Source: Nitrospira sp.
GTDB lineage: Bacteria; Nitrospirota; Nitrospiria; Nitrospirales; Nitrospiraceae
Assembly (NCBI GenBank): GCA_021323395.1
Contig: JAJONL010000002.1
Coordinates: 12,621-76,620, forward strand
Direction of reading: 5' to 3'
DNA: 64,000 bases
The number at the start of each line of letters is the position of its first letter. Position 1 is the first letter of the stretch. Under the pieces are notes generated by a model. It saw only the letters and a program-made list of their open reading frames with translations, was not told the origin of the DNA and made no database searches. The translations under genes were made by a program, and so were the position numbers. This document shows positions 63,543 to 64,000 of this stretch, piece after piece.

Positions 63543-64000
63543 GCGGTTTTGCGACCGGCCTGTCGTGCACTCTTGGGCGTCTGTCGTTTTGGCTTTCCTG
63601 ACTGCTGCACGCTGCGTTTGAGAAGGGCCATGAGGTCCACGACCTTGGCGCGGGCCGGCCGTTCCTCCTCGTCCTTGGCCGGGGTCGTGATGACTTCCGT
63701 TTTCCCGGCCTTGATCCGCTTATTGATCAGTCGCATGAGATCATCGTGATACGTGTCCTTGAACTGGGTCGGCTTCCAACGGTCGGACATTTCCTCGACC
63801 AGCTTGGTCGCCATCTCCAATTCGCGCGGCGTGACGCCGGCCGTCTTCAGGTTCTTGGCGGGAATCTCGAGGTCCTTGGCAGGCCGCAGCTCGTTTGCAT
63901 ACCGCAGTGTGTTCAGCACGATCATTTCGCTCCAGGGAAAGAGGGCGGCAATATACTGTCTCGTCCTGATCACGACCGTGGCGATGGCCGCCTTGCCGGT
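63539..64000 (-). CDS. ku: Ku protein (5' end outside the window)
   Basis: Open frame TGKAAIATVVIRTRQ..LNTLRYANELR..ELEMATKLVEEM..FKDTYHD..VVDLMALLKRSV with a basic tail. Confidence 0.93.
   Translation of the reverse strand, partial: TGKAAIATVVIRTRQYIAALFPWSEMIVLNTLRYANELRPAKDLEIPAKNLKTAGVTPRELEMATKLVEEMSDRWKPTQFKDTYHDDLMRLINKRIKAGKTEVITTPAKDEEERPARAKVVDLMALLKRSVQQSGKPKRQTPKSARQAGRKTA

Overview
GC-rich bacterial chromosome segment, most likely Nitrospira/Nitrospirota (inferred from gene repertoire and repeat families; no search was run). 1-33 kb is mostly housekeeping: a partial HK-REC-HK hybrid kinase, a four-lipoprotein operon (one BamE/SmpA-like gene plus three paralogues), lnt-prfB(+1 frameshift)-lysS-lolC/E-lolD, a TraF/FadL-like barrel with a lipoprotein, the trpEGDC-x-FBA operon, a MoxR-type AAA+ ATPase with a large partner, ligA, a CNNM/HlyC protein, rlpA and an ACT protein. 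33.6-64 kb looks like a general-stress/dormancy island: YtxH, BON, DUF4403, hemerythrin, a DUF883/holin-like/DUF3618-like triad, YihY, AI-2E, a PoxB-like enzyme, LigD, Slp, an OM barrel, DUF2254, DUF72, a debranching enzyme, TreZ, topoisomerase IB and partial Ku. Embedded in the island is the most notable system: an alternative complex III-like operon (pentaheme ActA, split ActB1/B2, ActC, fused ActD-E, no ActF) followed directly by two CydA-like paralogues with no CydB. Non-coding signals are a MITE-like family with TAGCAGG(A/C)TG..GAAAA ends, heptamer-built intergenic hairpins, and an 18-bp pseudo-palindrome upstream of three stress genes. No rRNA, tRNA or CRISPR array was seen. Many start codons were reassigned from the ORF track using RBS and overlap evidence. 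Family calls are motif recognition by eye, not database hits.
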